A stretch of DNA of 64,000 bases from an uncultured Candidatus Saccharibacteria bacterium (GCA_964368945.1 CAYJDM010000005.1:22699-86698), one strand, 5' to 3'; positions 18,731 through 28,373 are shown, counted from the stretch's first letter. Program-made: numbers and translations. The notes: a model not told the origin generated them from the sequence alone.

Positions 18731-19689
18731 AGCGTTTTCTTCAAATCAGCCAATATCGCAATGCCAGTATCGTTTTTCAATAATTCGATATCCATCAATT
18801 CTTCAAACGAAACCTCTTTTCTTTCTACCGTTTCAAATCCGTCTTTTTCCGGAATGAATTCTCCCTGGCTTGACACATCAGCGACAAAGCGACTCTGCTT
18901 CGAGACAGAGAGGACTTCTCCATTAAGCATGACTTTGACGACGACCTCCCCGAGAAGTCTCGCATTGCTTATTTCAACCTGCGCCTCCTCCCTGACCTCT
19001 CTCACCGCACAATCCAAAGGCGACTCATCCATATGACAACCACCTCCGGGCAATGCATGCGAAGCGGCACCATCCTCTCGCACGACAATGAATTGGCCGT
19101 CTTCAGTTTTGGCAAATGTAACAGACTGAGTGTTTGGATATTGAACAGGGTCCGTTCCGGCGGGAAGATACGTAAACGAGTAATCAAATGCCTTCTTCTT
19201 ATATTCAGATAATACGAAATTGTACATATCGAGGAGCTGGTCATTGTCAGATCTTTGAGAAAAAAGCTTCCTGGCCTCATCCTTCTGCAATGCATCCCTT
19301 TCGAGGGTTTCTTTTGGCTGCCAAGACCGATCGACTTCCCTCACGAATGACATGGTGACAGGCATCACATTTTTCTTCGCAAACTTGAACTTGCTTTCGT
19401 CGCCGCTATTAGTAGCGAGGACATACCCAATAGTCTCGATATGATCTATGAATATCCCCGCCTCTTCATGAGCCTCTCTTTTCAATGCATCTTCCCATGT
19501 TTCCCCTTGCTCTATCTTTCCGCCGACGATATCCCACCAGCCATTCTTTTTCTTCACAATGACGAGATTCTGTCCGATGAAAGCGAACGATAGCGGTGTG
19601 GACACAGGCAGGCCTTCAGGGAGGTTGCGCGCCTCAAAGAAGACAAATTCTGTCTTTACCCCATTATCTTCTGTTTGGTACTTATTCAT
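18727..19689 (-). CDS. Tandem NUDIX hydrolase (two NUDIX domains)
   Basis: Two NUDIX boxes: GGKIEQGETWEDALKREAHEEAG and PGGGCHMDESPLDCAVREVREEAQV. Confidence 0.8.
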   Translation of the reverse strand: MNKYQTEDNGVKTEFVFFEARNLPEGLPVSTPLSFAFIGQNLVIVKKKNGWWDIVGGKIEQGETWEDALKREAHEEAGIFIDHIETIGYVLATNSGDESKFKFAKKNVMPVTMSFVREVDRSWQPKETLERDALQKDEARKLFSQRSDNDQLLDMYNFVLSEYKKKAFDYSFTYLPAGTDPVQYPNTQSVTFAKTEDGQFIVVREDGAASHALPGGGCHMDESPLDCAVREVREEAQVEISNARLLGEVVVKVMLNGEVLSVSKQSRFVADVSSQGEFIPEKDGFETVERKEVSFEELMDIELLKNDTGIAILADLKKTL

Positions 19690-21244
19690 GATTTTTATTT
19701 ATAAGCTCTTCATATGTTTTTAAATTTTGCACATATTCCTTCTCCTGCAGCTCGACGCTGCCTGACCGAGGCGGATGATTCAAATGATACACGCCGCATT
19801 CGAGAATGGGAATGACGAAGCAGCCATTTGCAATTAGCCGCGCCCCAAAATACGTATCCTCCAGACCCCAACCGATGAATTTGTCTGAAAACCCCCCAGA
19901 TTTTATGAACAGGCTCTTTTTCAAGCTCATATTATGCCCTACGACCATCGAAGGCAAATCATAGCCATTTATCATTCTTCCATATCCGAAATCCTTAAAT
20001 GCATTCGTATCGCTCAGTATTTCATAGACGCCATCAAGGTCGATTTTATTAATCCAATTCTGTCCCTTAGCCGATATTCTCGCCATTCTCTTGTCATCAT
20101 ATTTCGAAGGAATCTCAAGCCCTTCCATTATTCGGTCCGGATTGTTGATGTCGGAATCCCTTTCAATATTTTTCTTCATGGAGACAAAAACCGCTTCGGG
20201 ATAAAAACGCAGGCGATTCGAATGCTCCGCCAAATAGTTCTTGGATAGCAATATGTCAGAATCAATGAACAAAAGATGCTCATTCGAGGTAGCAGCAACT
20301 CCGATATTTCTTGCGGCAGAAAGGCCAGACCTTGTCTCAAGCCGGACGATCTTGAGCTTGAAAGAGAATGAATTGATTCTATCTTTCAACATATCCGAGA
20401 CCAGGACATTGCTACCGTCATCGACAACGACCACTTCGATCATGCGCTTTTCATCCAAGCTTAGATCCTGACCCTCAATAGCGAGCAGGACCTGAAGGAT
20501 CGTATCCTCAGAATTATAAGCGGGCACAATTATGGAAATGGGGCGCATCGATTTCGCACCAACCTTAACGAGCCTATTGTAATGATTCGAGAAAACGGAA
20601 TAGTCATTTGATTTATTGCTCAGACTTGATTTTATGCTGGCACTGCCAGAAGACATTAGATCTATGCCGAATTCATTCCCATATCGGGTAACTTTATGAT
20701 TGAGAATGCTTGACTCATCGAACAAGGCTTCCTTCCCAACCCCCTCAAACCTTTTGCCGATATCCGATGAGGTCAATTCCCTGTCAATGAATTCTTGATA
20801 TTCAGCAGCACGATTGCCAGTGAGTCCTTCGTCTACGGTCATGAGATCCCCGATAGGCGTCCCTAAATCGACCTTAATATGATGATCGGCGGCATCAATT
20901 TTGCAAAATTCCATCTGGACAACCGTATCGCTTATGTACGCGTCTGAAAATCCGAGATCGTTGATGACCCTAAGGAAATATTTTATATTCTTATTCTGTA
21001 TCCCTATCGGAGGAGTGGAGCTAAAGACTTCAATGAATTTTTTATTGAGCTCGGAATCAGCATCATGCCGCTGCATATAGCATGATGAGTCAGCAAATGT
21101 CACCTCCAATATTTTTTCTTGATGCTCTGTATACATTCCGAGCGAAGACCTGACCGCAGGCAGGCTGTATTCGCCTACAAGCGAGACAAGCAGCTCCTGA
21201 AGGCGATCTTTCTTTATCAAATATTTTTTTCTATGACTTTTCAT
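19682..21244 (-). CDS. Glycosyltransferase family 2 with ~230-aa N-terminal domain of unknown function
   Basis: GT-A motifs ISIIVPAYNSEDTI, VVVVDDGS, FIDSD (DXD). Confidence 0.8.
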   Translation of the reverse strand: MKSHRKKYLIKKDRLQELLVSLVGEYSLPAVRSSLGMYTEHQEKILEVTFADSSCYMQRHDADSELNKKFIEVFSSTPPIGIQNKNIKYFLRVINDLGFSDAYISDTVVQMEFCKIDAADHHIKVDLGTPIGDLMTVDEGLTGNRAAEYQEFIDRELTSSDIGKRFEGVGKEALFDESSILNHKVTRYGNEFGIDLMSSGSASIKSSLSNKSNDYSVFSNHYNRLVKVGAKSMRPISIIVPAYNSEDTILQVLLAIEGQDLSLDEKRMIEVVVVDDGSNVLVSDMLKDRINSFSFKLKIVRLETRSGLSAARNIGVAATSNEHLLFIDSDILLSKNYLAEHSNRLRFYPEAVFVSMKKNIERDSDINNPDRIMEGLEIPSKYDDKRMARISAKGQNWINKIDLDGVYEILSDTNAFKDFGYGRMINGYDLPSMVVGHNMSLKKSLFIKSGGFSDKFIGWGLEDTYFGARLIANGCFVIPILECGVYHLNHPPRSGSVELQEKEYVQNLKTYEELINKNHE

Positions 21245-22124
21245 AATTTTTTGGATTGCTCACAAATGATAATTCGTCTATCATGAATGAAATGAGGCCC
21301 TCATCGATATCCTCCAAAGGGAATGCCTTCATTCCGCCAAAATCAGCCTCAAGATGGCCTTCCTGCCTAATCCTATTCAAATAGTTTTTCCAGCAAGCCT
21401 TCATCAAATCCCCTTTTTCGACAACAACATTGCCGTGGGACATTTCTTGGGCAATATGAAGGAGCTCTCCGAGGATCGACAAAGTAGCCGAATGAGCGAG
21501 CAATACGACGTTTACCCCCCTGGACTCGACTTCTCCTCGATGCTCTAGATAATCAACAATGGCCTCATAATATCTTTGACTCAGCGCTCGGTAGCTTTCA
21601 CCGTACGAGACGAAACTCTCATTGAGCTCGGGATACTTGCATTCGCCAGATTCAAGCGCCACGGGATCGCCGAAGCGGTAGTTTGGATTATTGTAATCGC
21701 CGTCTTCATCAAAAGTTTCTGCCCAAAAAGCATTCCACGCATCCTTGAGGAAGCCTATCCTTCTTCCAGGAACATAATCTGGAGGGAGCACTATTTCGCC
21801 ATGTGAAAGCTCCGCAAATCGATCATCCTTTCTTATCGCCACCCTAATACCCCCGTCTTTTTCTTCGACGGTATCCTTAAGCAAGGACGCTGTTGAGTAC
21901 GCCCTCTTGCGAGGGGACGATACGATAAGGACCTTCTCCATGCCCTTCGCATGAGTATTATCGATGACCATCTGCGCATTTGCGGCGATCACCTCCATAG
22001 ATTTCTCATCTACCTCCTTGAGATCGGTATCCATGCCGTCGGTCAAATCATCGACATCTTCGAAATGCCTTCCAACAAGAACAGTATCGGTTTCTGAATT
22101 TTGCCCAAAATTATTTTTTTCCAT
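21231..22124 (-). CDS. Histidine phosphatase superfamily protein
   Basis: VLVGRHFED (RHG-like), VLIVSSPRKRAYSTASLL (matches sSP.kRa.qTA), VVLLAHSATLSIL. Confidence 0.5.
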   Translation of the reverse strand: MEKNNFGQNSETDTVLVGRHFEDVDDLTDGMDTDLKEVDEKSMEVIAANAQMVIDNTHAKGMEKVLIVSSPRKRAYSTASLLKDTVEEKDGGIRVAIRKDDRFAELSHGEIVLPPDYVPGRRIGFLKDAWNAFWAETFDEDGDYNNPNYRFGDPVALESGECKYPELNESFVSYGESYRALSQRYYEAIVDYLEHRGEVESRGVNVVLLAHSATLSILGELLHIAQEMSHGNVVVEKGDLMKACWKNYLNRIRQEGHLEADFGGMKAFPLEDIDEGLISFMIDELSFVSNPKNYEKS

Positions 22125-22824
22125 ATGTATTACACTTAATCAACGCGACGACAAAGCCTCCGTTAAATTTAATATAGGCCTTTCTTGAAATAAACCATAA
22201 AGGAAGGATGAGAACTCTCAGTACCTCCCAAAATGCCTTGCTTCTTTTTGGCAAATGCAGATACTCGATCTTCTCGACCGAGGCCCCAGAAGCCTCCAAT
22301 AATTGGATAAATGACTTGAGGCTGTAATGGTGGATATGCCCGTATTTCCGCTCAGTCTCCTTCCACGGATCGATCTTTTTGCACGTCGCCCACATGATGA
22401 ATCTATTTATCGGATTGTCCTCGATAGGCACCTTGATCACAGCGAGTTTTCCTAGCGACAATATTCTGTCAAGGAGCTCTTTATCATTTTCAACATGCTC
22501 AACTATATCTATGGCCAAGACCAGATCGAAGCCAGTTCGCTGATAATCAAAAATGCTTAGGGGCAGCCACTCAACAACCCCCTCGCTATCATTCTGCCGA
22601 GCGATATCTATTATCTTGCGGGATATGTCTACCCCTACGACATCCTTGCTGCCAAGCCTCTTTGCGATTTCTATAAGGATCTTACCAGATCCACACGCTA
22701 TATCAATTATGGAATCAGGCTTGAATCCCTTGGGCAAGATGCTCAAAACCGCGCTGCTCTTTGTATGAAAATCGGAATCATGCAAATCCTTATTCAGTTT
22801 CAGGTATTCTTCTTGATAGTCCAT
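22111..22824 (-). CDS. Class I SAM-dependent methyltransferase
   Basis: Motif I IIDIACGSGKILIE, motif II VVGVDIS, then DLVLAIDIVEHV. Confidence 0.8.
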   Translation of the reverse strand: MDYQEEYLKLNKDLHDSDFHTKSSAVLSILPKGFKPDSIIDIACGSGKILIEIAKRLGSKDVVGVDISRKIIDIARQNDSEGVVEWLPLSIFDYQRTGFDLVLAIDIVEHVENDKELLDRILSLGKLAVIKVPIEDNPINRFIMWATCKKIDPWKETERKYGHIHHYSLKSFIQLLEASGASVEKIEYLHLPKRSKAFWEVLRVLILPLWFISRKAYIKFNGGFVVALIKCNTYGKK

Positions 22825-22825
22825 G

Positions 22826-23491
22826 TTATTTCATTATTAGGTTAAATTCGTCATTGCCGAGCGATCCATTTTTCCTTTCAAAAAAAGTATGCACGGATTT
22901 CCATCCGAAGCCTTTCCCCATTTCAATGCAGGCGGTATCGTCATCGAAAAATAATACCCTACTGGCTTGAGGCAAAGACCGCGAGACCACCTCAAACACT
23001 TCGGCCGAAGGCTTTCTGACAAAACCCAATTCGGACTCGCCAAAAATGCGCTTGACGCAATTGACGACACCGACCCTAGAAGCAATGCGAGATGCAAAGT
23101 AAGAAGAATTATTCGTGAAGATAATCAAGGGAATATCATATTGTGACAAAACTTTCCATGGCGATGACTCGCCAATGCCCAGCATATCGAGATCCATCGG
23201 CGCTATCACCTCTCGGTTGAATTCCTCTTCGTCGACGCCCGACAACAGGCATGCCGCAATCTCTGAAACGGTATTGAATTTCTCCTTTTGGATACGAATG
23301 AAATCCTTAGCGTGCTCTGTTTCAAAACCGTATTTCTTAAGCAAAAAAGCATACAACGTTTCGTAAAAAACTTCACGCGCTTTCATGATATCCGGATACA
23401 GCGTGCCATCGCAATCCAATACGATATATTCCGGAGAATGTTCCGAGATCAATTCTGATATCCTCAGAGCTGGATCAGGATTATATTTCAT
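22826..23491 (-). CDS. HAD-family hydrolase
   Basis: YIVLDCDGTLY (motif I), IIFTNNS (motif II), VLFFDDD (motif IV). Confidence 0.75.
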   Translation of the reverse strand: MKYNPDPALRISELISEHSPEYIVLDCDGTLYPDIMKAREVFYETLYAFLLKKYGFETEHAKDFIRIQKEKFNTVSEIAACLLSGVDEEEFNREVIAPMDLDMLGIGESSPWKVLSQYDIPLIIFTNNSSYFASRIASRVGVVNCVKRIFGESELGFVRKPSAEVFEVVSRSLPQASRVLFFDDDTACIEMGKGFGWKSVHTFFERKNGSLGNDEFNLIMK

Positions 23492-24362
23492 TTTTGATCC
23501 AGTTATATGTCTTTAAAAGGCCCTCGTCCCAGGCAGTGCGAGCCTCCCAATCCAGAAGCCTCTTTGATTTTGAAACGTCCACGTCTTCGAGAATCGTCTG
23601 ATTGTTTCTTTGCTCGATGAAGACTATCTCGGATGCCGAACCCGTAATGCGCTTAACATCCTCTGCCATGCGAATCGCGGACACGGCTTCCTTTTGAGAA
23701 AGATTGAATACCTGGCATTTTGCATTTTCAGGATTTTCCAGCGGAGCAACTATGCCTTCTACGAGATCGTCTATGAAAGTAAGCGTTCTTTCTTGAGCGC
23801 CATCACCATGTACCGTTATCGGTTCATTCCTAAGGGCCTGACTAAAGAACACATGAAGCCCGAGCGCCTTCCGCATGCCAGGCCCATAGATAGTGGCAAA
23901 TCGCAGAATTGTCCATGGCATATCGTAATTCTTTCCATAGCCTCTGACGATCCATTCGCCGGCATACTTCGAACATGCGTACAGGTCTGAAGGATTTGGC
24001 AGCGTCTCATCCTCAATGGCAGGATGCTTATCCAAGTTCCCGTATACGCATACCGTCGAAGCATATATAAGCCACTTCGACTGCTTTGCGCAGACATAAG
24101 AAACATTGTGAGTTCCCTCCACATTCTTCAAGACGCCGTCTCTGCCAACATCAGGATTTGCCGTCATCTTCGTCAAATCAGCTTGGGCGGCGATGTGAAA
24201 TACCACATCGACTTCTTTTATCGCCCTTTCGACGCAATCCAAGTTCAATAGATCATCCCCTGTCAAAATGTCGAAGCCGCGAACATCGTGCCCCTTCTTC
24301 CTGAGATCATCCATGACTTTCGAACCGATGAAGCCGCCGCTTCCTGTAATGAGAATTTTCAT
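23481..24362 (-). CDS. NAD-dependent epimerase/dehydratase (extended SDR; UDP-sugar epimerase-like)
   Basis: MKILITGSGGFIGS Rossmann start and YxxxK region (YACSKYAGE). Start set at MKILITG; the ORF-track start at 24398 lies inside a terminator hairpin. Confidence 0.85.
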   Translation of the reverse strand: MKILITGSGGFIGSKVMDDLRKKGHDVRGFDILTGDDLLNLDCVERAIKEVDVVFHIAAQADLTKMTANPDVGRDGVLKNVEGTHNVSYVCAKQSKWLIYASTVCVYGNLDKHPAIEDETLPNPSDLYACSKYAGEWIVRGYGKNYDMPWTILRFATIYGPGMRKALGLHVFFSQALRNEPITVHGDGAQERTLTFIDDLVEGIVAPLENPENAKCQVFNLSQKEAVSAIRMAEDVKRITGSASEIVFIEQRNNQTILEDVDVSKSKRLLDWEARTAWDEGLLKTYNWIKNEI

Positions 24363-24369
24363 ATAAAAA

Positions 24370-24402
24370 AATAATGTGGCATATTCACTATGCCACATTA
24401 TT
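24370..24402 (-). terminator. AT-rich intrinsic terminator (AATAATGTGGCATA ttcac TATGCCACATTATT) whose U-tract runs directly into the epimerase start codon
   Basis: 14-bp perfect stem. On the minus strand it is followed by UUUUUUUAU then the AUG at 24362. Confidence 0.5.
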
Positions 24403-24425
24403 ATTATAAAAGAAAGGACAGAGAG

Positions 24426-25154
24426 TCATCCTAGCTCTACGACCCTGAATAGGAATTTGACTCCCAAGGACCATCGGGCACCGGCACGGGCTTGGCAGGC
24501 ATTAATCCAGCGCCTGCCTTTATTACGCCGGCGGACGCAAAGAATCCGGTGATTTCCAGCCGTGTCTTCAAAAGGTTTCATTGCAAGCCAAAGGATTTCT
24601 CCGCAAGGCTGACTGTCGTACAGAAGACGCAGCTGGTATGCATCCTCCGGAAGACAGAGCTTGAGTGCCGAGCCACCCAAATTCTTCTCGCTCCAACGAG
24701 CCAAGAAATCGGTATCCAAAAACACGTCGGTCCTGACTGGCTCATCGAATCCGAAAAATTCAAGCGGCAATGCGGCAAGGCTTGCCATGCCACTTGAATT
24801 CTCGACGCTGAACGACGGATGCTTGATGAGATACCGCGACCAAATTCCGAGATGGTATTTTTTCTCAACCAGATCGCATAATTCCGAGGCCGTCATATTT
24901 CCGACCGGAATGCTCTTCCAGGGATCAATTTTTGTTCCTGGAACATGCCTGATAACCGTTCGCGCCCGGTGCTTTACCGCCTCAAAGAAAAGATGCACTG
25001 CTTCAGCGCCATTCCTCAAGGTCCATTCGATGTCTTTGTCTGGGACCTTGCCGAGATAATGGGAATTGCTGAGAAAAAGCCCTGCGATTTCAGCCGCCCT
25101 CGGGTCAGCCAACTTTCCATCGCCGCCTTGTGGTCCGCTCAATGGTTCATTCAT
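24426..25154 (-). CDS. Hypothetical protein
   Basis: ORF with an internal ATG (MNEPLSG). No recognisable family by eye. Confidence 0.4.
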   Translation of the reverse strand: MNEPLSGPQGGDGKLADPRAAEIAGLFLSNSHYLGKVPDKDIEWTLRNGAEAVHLFFEAVKHRARTVIRHVPGTKIDPWKSIPVGNMTASELCDLVEKKYHLGIWSRYLIKHPSFSVENSSGMASLAALPLEFFGFDEPVRTDVFLDTDFLARWSEKNLGGSALKLCLPEDAYQLRLLYDSQPCGEILWLAMKPFEDTAGNHRILCVRRRNKGRRWINACQARAGARWSLGVKFLFRVVELG

Positions 25155-25253
25155 AGTTTTGGTGAATCTGATTGTTGTGTTTCTGTGTTTCCTGATCTGG
25201 TGAAAATATAAAACATATTGTGGATTTTGTCCACTAATCGACAGCACTACATC

Positions 25254-25685
25254 TTAAGCCCGCTTCACCGCCAGCTTGATGATTTTCTCAAGTTCCTTCG
25301 CATCAATATCAGCAAGCCTCTTGATATAGAGGCAACCTCCGCCCTCCTTATATTTGCCGAGGCTCAGAAGAAAATCATTGTCTCCTTTATTTTCCTTCAG
25401 CCCGCCATTCGTCATGGTAAAAACCTTCAGGCCATAGAGCGCGATATTCTGGGCTCGCGGTGCGAAGCCGATCTGCATCCATTCTGCAGTCTTGCCATTC
25501 GCATATGCATATGTCCTGCGGCCGAAGCCGACGATCGATGCGCCCCACATTTCAGGCTTCGACTTCGAAATCTTTTCCATCATCGCGCAAATAGCGATGC
25601 AGTCCTCACGCTTTTCCGCATCCTTTATCGTTCTCAAAAATTTCGAGACGCTTGCCTTATTGAGTTTTGTTTTTAGTTCGGGCAT
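25254..25685 (-). CDS. DUF1801 (YdhG-like) domain protein
   Basis: FLRTIKDAEKREDCIAICAMMEKIS...MWGASIVGFG resembles the DUF1801 family. Confidence 0.4.
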   Translation of the reverse strand: MPELKTKLNKASVSKFLRTIKDAEKREDCIAICAMMEKISKSKPEMWGASIVGFGRRTYAYANGKTAEWMQIGFAPRAQNIALYGLKVFTMTNGGLKENKGDNDFLLSLGKYKEGGGCLYIKRLADIDAKELEKIIKLAVKRA

Positions 25686-25715
25686 GAATTTTTTTGATAG
25701 TATGCCGCCCAATGC

Positions 25716-26123
25716 CTAAGCCGCTGGCAACTTGCTAAAGTCCATATGAAAAAATTCCCAGACATGCCCATCGAGATCCTCAATCGCCTTCGTATACATG
25801 AAGACGAGATCCTCTTCCCTATGTAGCTTGCCACCTGCCGCAATTGCTTTTGCATATATGGCATCAACCTCTTCGCGGCTTTCGCATGAGAGAGCGAGCA
25901 GCGCCTCATTCGCAACCTTCGCATCAACCAATTCCTTCTTCGTGAATTGCTTGAACTTTTCTTCCGTTAGGATCATGGCATAGATATGCCCATCATCGAT
26001 GATGAGGCAGGCTCCGTCATCGTTCGAAAACTGCGGATTGAATGAATAGCCCAGTGCCTCAAAGAAAGCCCTGCTTTTCGCCAGGTCCTTGACCGTGAGA
26101 TTGATGAATACTTGTTTTGTCAT
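25716..26123 (-). CDS. VOC-family (glyoxalase/bleomycin-resistance-like) protein
   Basis: Paired beta-alpha-beta-beta-beta module. INLTVKDLAKSRAFFEALGY and C-terminal HVWEFFH. Confidence 0.7.
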   Translation of the reverse strand: MTKQVFINLTVKDLAKSRAFFEALGYSFNPQFSNDDGACLIIDDGHIYAMILTEEKFKQFTKKELVDAKVANEALLALSCESREEVDAIYAKAIAAGGKLHREEDLVFMYTKAIEDLDGHVWEFFHMDFSKLPAA

Positions 26124-26207
26124 GAGGCAATTATAGTATGGCGTGATTGCGGAGTCGAGAATGCCCAGGCTTCAAGATCGGCATGGTCAAGCAGCGCAGA
26201 CTCGATG

Positions 26208-26510
26208 CTACAGTCTAGAGCGAGCGATGATTTCAATTTCACTCTCTTGTAAATTTGGAAATTTTTTCCTGACATCACCCAACCTCAATCGAGCTTCTTT
26301 ACGAGTCAGGTATCTTAGTCCGAATTTAACTATTTCATTTGGATTTGAATCATTTCTATCATCCTGAGGTGAAAATTCTTCCGCATTTGGATATAAAGGT
26401 GTATTAAAAAGCCTTTGGACTCTTTTTATTTCTCGTTGTTGTCTCTTTTCAGGTGTGAAAAAAGCTATGTAAATTAGCAAAATTATTATAATAATCAACG
26501 AATAAATCAT
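26208..26510 (-). CDS. Small (100 aa) membrane-anchored protein in a locally AT-rich segment
   Basis: N-terminal TM (MIYSLIIIIILLIYIAFF) followed by a charged tail. The surrounding ~400 bp is visibly AT-richer than its neighbours. Confidence 0.35.
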   Translation of the reverse strand: MIYSLIIIIILLIYIAFFTPEKRQQREIKRVQRLFNTPLYPNAEEFSPQDDRNDSNPNEIVKFGLRYLTRKEARLRLGDVRKKFPNLQESEIEIIARSRL

Positions 26511-26661
26511 ACTTAAATTTTATCTCTTATTTGCTGGGAGAGAAGGAATCGGACCTTCATTGAGAGCTTCAAAGGCTCCTGTCCTACCATTAGACGATCT
26601 CCCAATAGATTTGTCAATACCCACTCAATCGAGGGGAATATACGACATATCGCCCACTACT

Positions 26662-27687
26662 TTATACAAAAAACTTGAAAAGCGCCAGCTCAATCGGCAT
26701 CACCGAAACGAAAGTCTTGCCCACCTGCTCCCGATGTGTCAGCAATAATTCGAGCATGCGCATGGCATCTCCGACCTGCTTCTTGCTTTTGACGATTCCC
26801 GCCTCGCTGAGCAGGAATGCGCGCAGCTCAGACATGACGAGATCCGCGAAGATCTTCACATCCATATCCGATTCATGGATTTTTTTCAAAATAGAAATTC
26901 CTGCAGCGAGACCCGTCGCATCCGCAGAGACATCCTCACTCCCCGCTCGTGCGCCAAGAACAGCATCCACAAAGCTCGCAACCAAAAGATGCGGCGGCAC
27001 TGAGATTATTTTCTCAACTTCTTCGAGAGAAACTTTCGCAGAATCCTTTCCGCCTGCCTTGGCCATTCCCACGACAGACTGCAGCGTCGACAAGGTATCT
27101 CTATACGAGCCATTTCCGACCATGGCGATTACCTCGGCGGCTTTTTCATCCATTTCTACGCCCTCCTTGCGCGCCACATTCACGACATGATTCTTGAGCG
27201 TCTCAACAGTGGGCTTGGCAAAATGGAATAACTGGCAGCGCGAGATGATGGTCTCAGGAATCTTATGAAGCTCCGTCGTAGCGAGAATGAAAATCACATG
27301 CTTCGGCGGCTCCTCAAGCGTTTTCAAAAAAGCATTGAAAGCGGATTTCGAAAGCATATGGACCTCGTCCAATATATAGACCTTGAATTTCGAATTCAGC
27401 GGCAAAGTATATACCGCCTCATTCAGCGTTCGGATATCCTCCACGCTGGTATTCGATGCCGCATCGATTTCATAAATATCCTCAGGCGCTGTCCCGATAT
27501 TCTGCGCAAATATTCTGGCTATCGTCGTCTTGCCCGTTCCTCTCGATCCCGCGAAAAGATATGCATGCGATGGCTGTGCGGCTGATTCCACCTTCTTTAC
27601 TTCTGCTTCGAGGATATTGACGATATGGCTCTGACCGACGACTTCGCTGAATTGCGCCGGACGATATTTGCGGTATAGGGATGACAT
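26662..27687 (-). CDS. dnaX: DNA polymerase III subunit gamma/tau (short form, lacks the Zn module)
   Basis: YRKYRPAQFSEVVGQ, Walker A GSRGTGKTTIAR, FKVYILDEVHML, SRC sensor. Confidence 0.8.
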   Translation of the reverse strand: MSSLYRKYRPAQFSEVVGQSHIVNILEAEVKKVESAAQPSHAYLFAGSRGTGKTTIARIFAQNIGTAPEDIYEIDAASNTSVEDIRTLNEAVYTLPLNSKFKVYILDEVHMLSKSAFNAFLKTLEEPPKHVIFILATTELHKIPETIISRCQLFHFAKPTVETLKNHVVNVARKEGVEMDEKAAEVIAMVGNGSYRDTLSTLQSVVGMAKAGGKDSAKVSLEEVEKIISVPPHLLVASFVDAVLGARAGSEDVSADATGLAAGISILKKIHESDMDVKIFADLVMSELRAFLLSEAGIVKSKKQVGDAMRMLELLLTHREQVGKTFVSVMPIELALFKFFV

Positions 27688-27730
27688 GAGGATCAGTATA
27701 GCATTTGATGTTTTTTATGGAAAAAAACAC

Positions 27731-27760
27731 GCCGGCCCTTTCGGGCGCGGCATGCATTAT
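27731..27760 (-). terminator. Intrinsic terminator at the downstream end of the island (before dnaX)
   Basis: GC-rich stem GCCGGCCC tttc GGGCGCGGC with one bulge. Followed on the minus strand by a U-run. Confidence 0.5.
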
Positions 27761-27792
27761 CTAGCGACGAAGCGCAATCGCCTTGCGCGATA

Positions 27793-28287
27793 TCAGCAGC
27801 ATTCGCATGGAACCAAATGACATTTGGTGCAACGGGGCTTCTTGCGTGGGCGAAGCTCATCGTTCGGAATCATGGCGTCTCGTGCCGCATTCAGGAACTC
27901 GGCGACTGTCATGCCGCCTTCCATGGATGCATCTTCCTCCAGATCATCTAGACAGGCAAACACGGTTCGCCAGCCTCCCTTGTCGAGCCTCACGGCCCGA
28001 AATCCCGGCAGGCAGATCATCTGCCAGTAATCTCCGAGGTCAGTGGATGCCTCGGCCTGAATCGGCTTGAAAGCATGAGCATAGATCAGACAATGATCCC
28101 GCACCGTTGACGATCCGCCCAAGATCCGAAAGAGGCCTGCGGCCAGTTCCTTTATCGTGTCTTCAGGCTTGAATAATCGCGCGATACGCGGATGGATTTC
28201 GCCTATCAATTCCCGATCTGTCAGGAAAGCGGCTTCTGCGACTGGTGTTGGTGTTGGCATGGTTCGAGTATCGCCCTCGCCCATCAT
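27793..28287 (-). CDS. Island gene C: hypothetical protein with C-terminal CxxCx4CxCC zinc-knuckle-like motif; paralog of gene B
   Basis: ORF with ATG-ATG start. C-terminus PRCTKCHLVPCECC. Shares the GW..FAC block (RLDKGGWRTVFAC) with gene B (RIKNSGWMQLFAC). Confidence 0.5.
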   Translation of the reverse strand: MMGEGDTRTMPTPTPVAEAAFLTDRELIGEIHPRIARLFKPEDTIKELAAGLFRILGGSSTVRDHCLIYAHAFKPIQAEASTDLGDYWQMICLPGFRAVRLDKGGWRTVFACLDDLEEDASMEGGMTVAEFLNAARDAMIPNDELRPRKKPRCTKCHLVPCECC

Positions 28288-28373
28288 GGACAAGAACTTG
28301 TTTTGGCGATATGCGGATCAGCGATTCGCTGCCATATGCGCAGCACGAATCCCTATCCCGCATATCGCCAAAA
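28266..28373. repeat. Regulatory repeat element copy 1: half-site TATCGCCCT, then inverted repeat TTTTGGCGATATGCGG ... CCGCATATCGCCAAAA (41-nt spacer containing the palindrome CAGCGA-T-TCGCTG)
   Basis: Seen directly. 16-bp perfect inverted repeat at 28301-28316 / 28358-28373, plus an upstream degenerate half-site at 28267-28277. Confidence 0.6.

Noticed and set aside
28261-28280. tRNA T-arm-like GGTTCGAGTATC
   Set aside because: There is no complementary strand to form a T-stem, and no acceptor or anticodon arms nearby. It lies within gene C's coding start and regulatory element.
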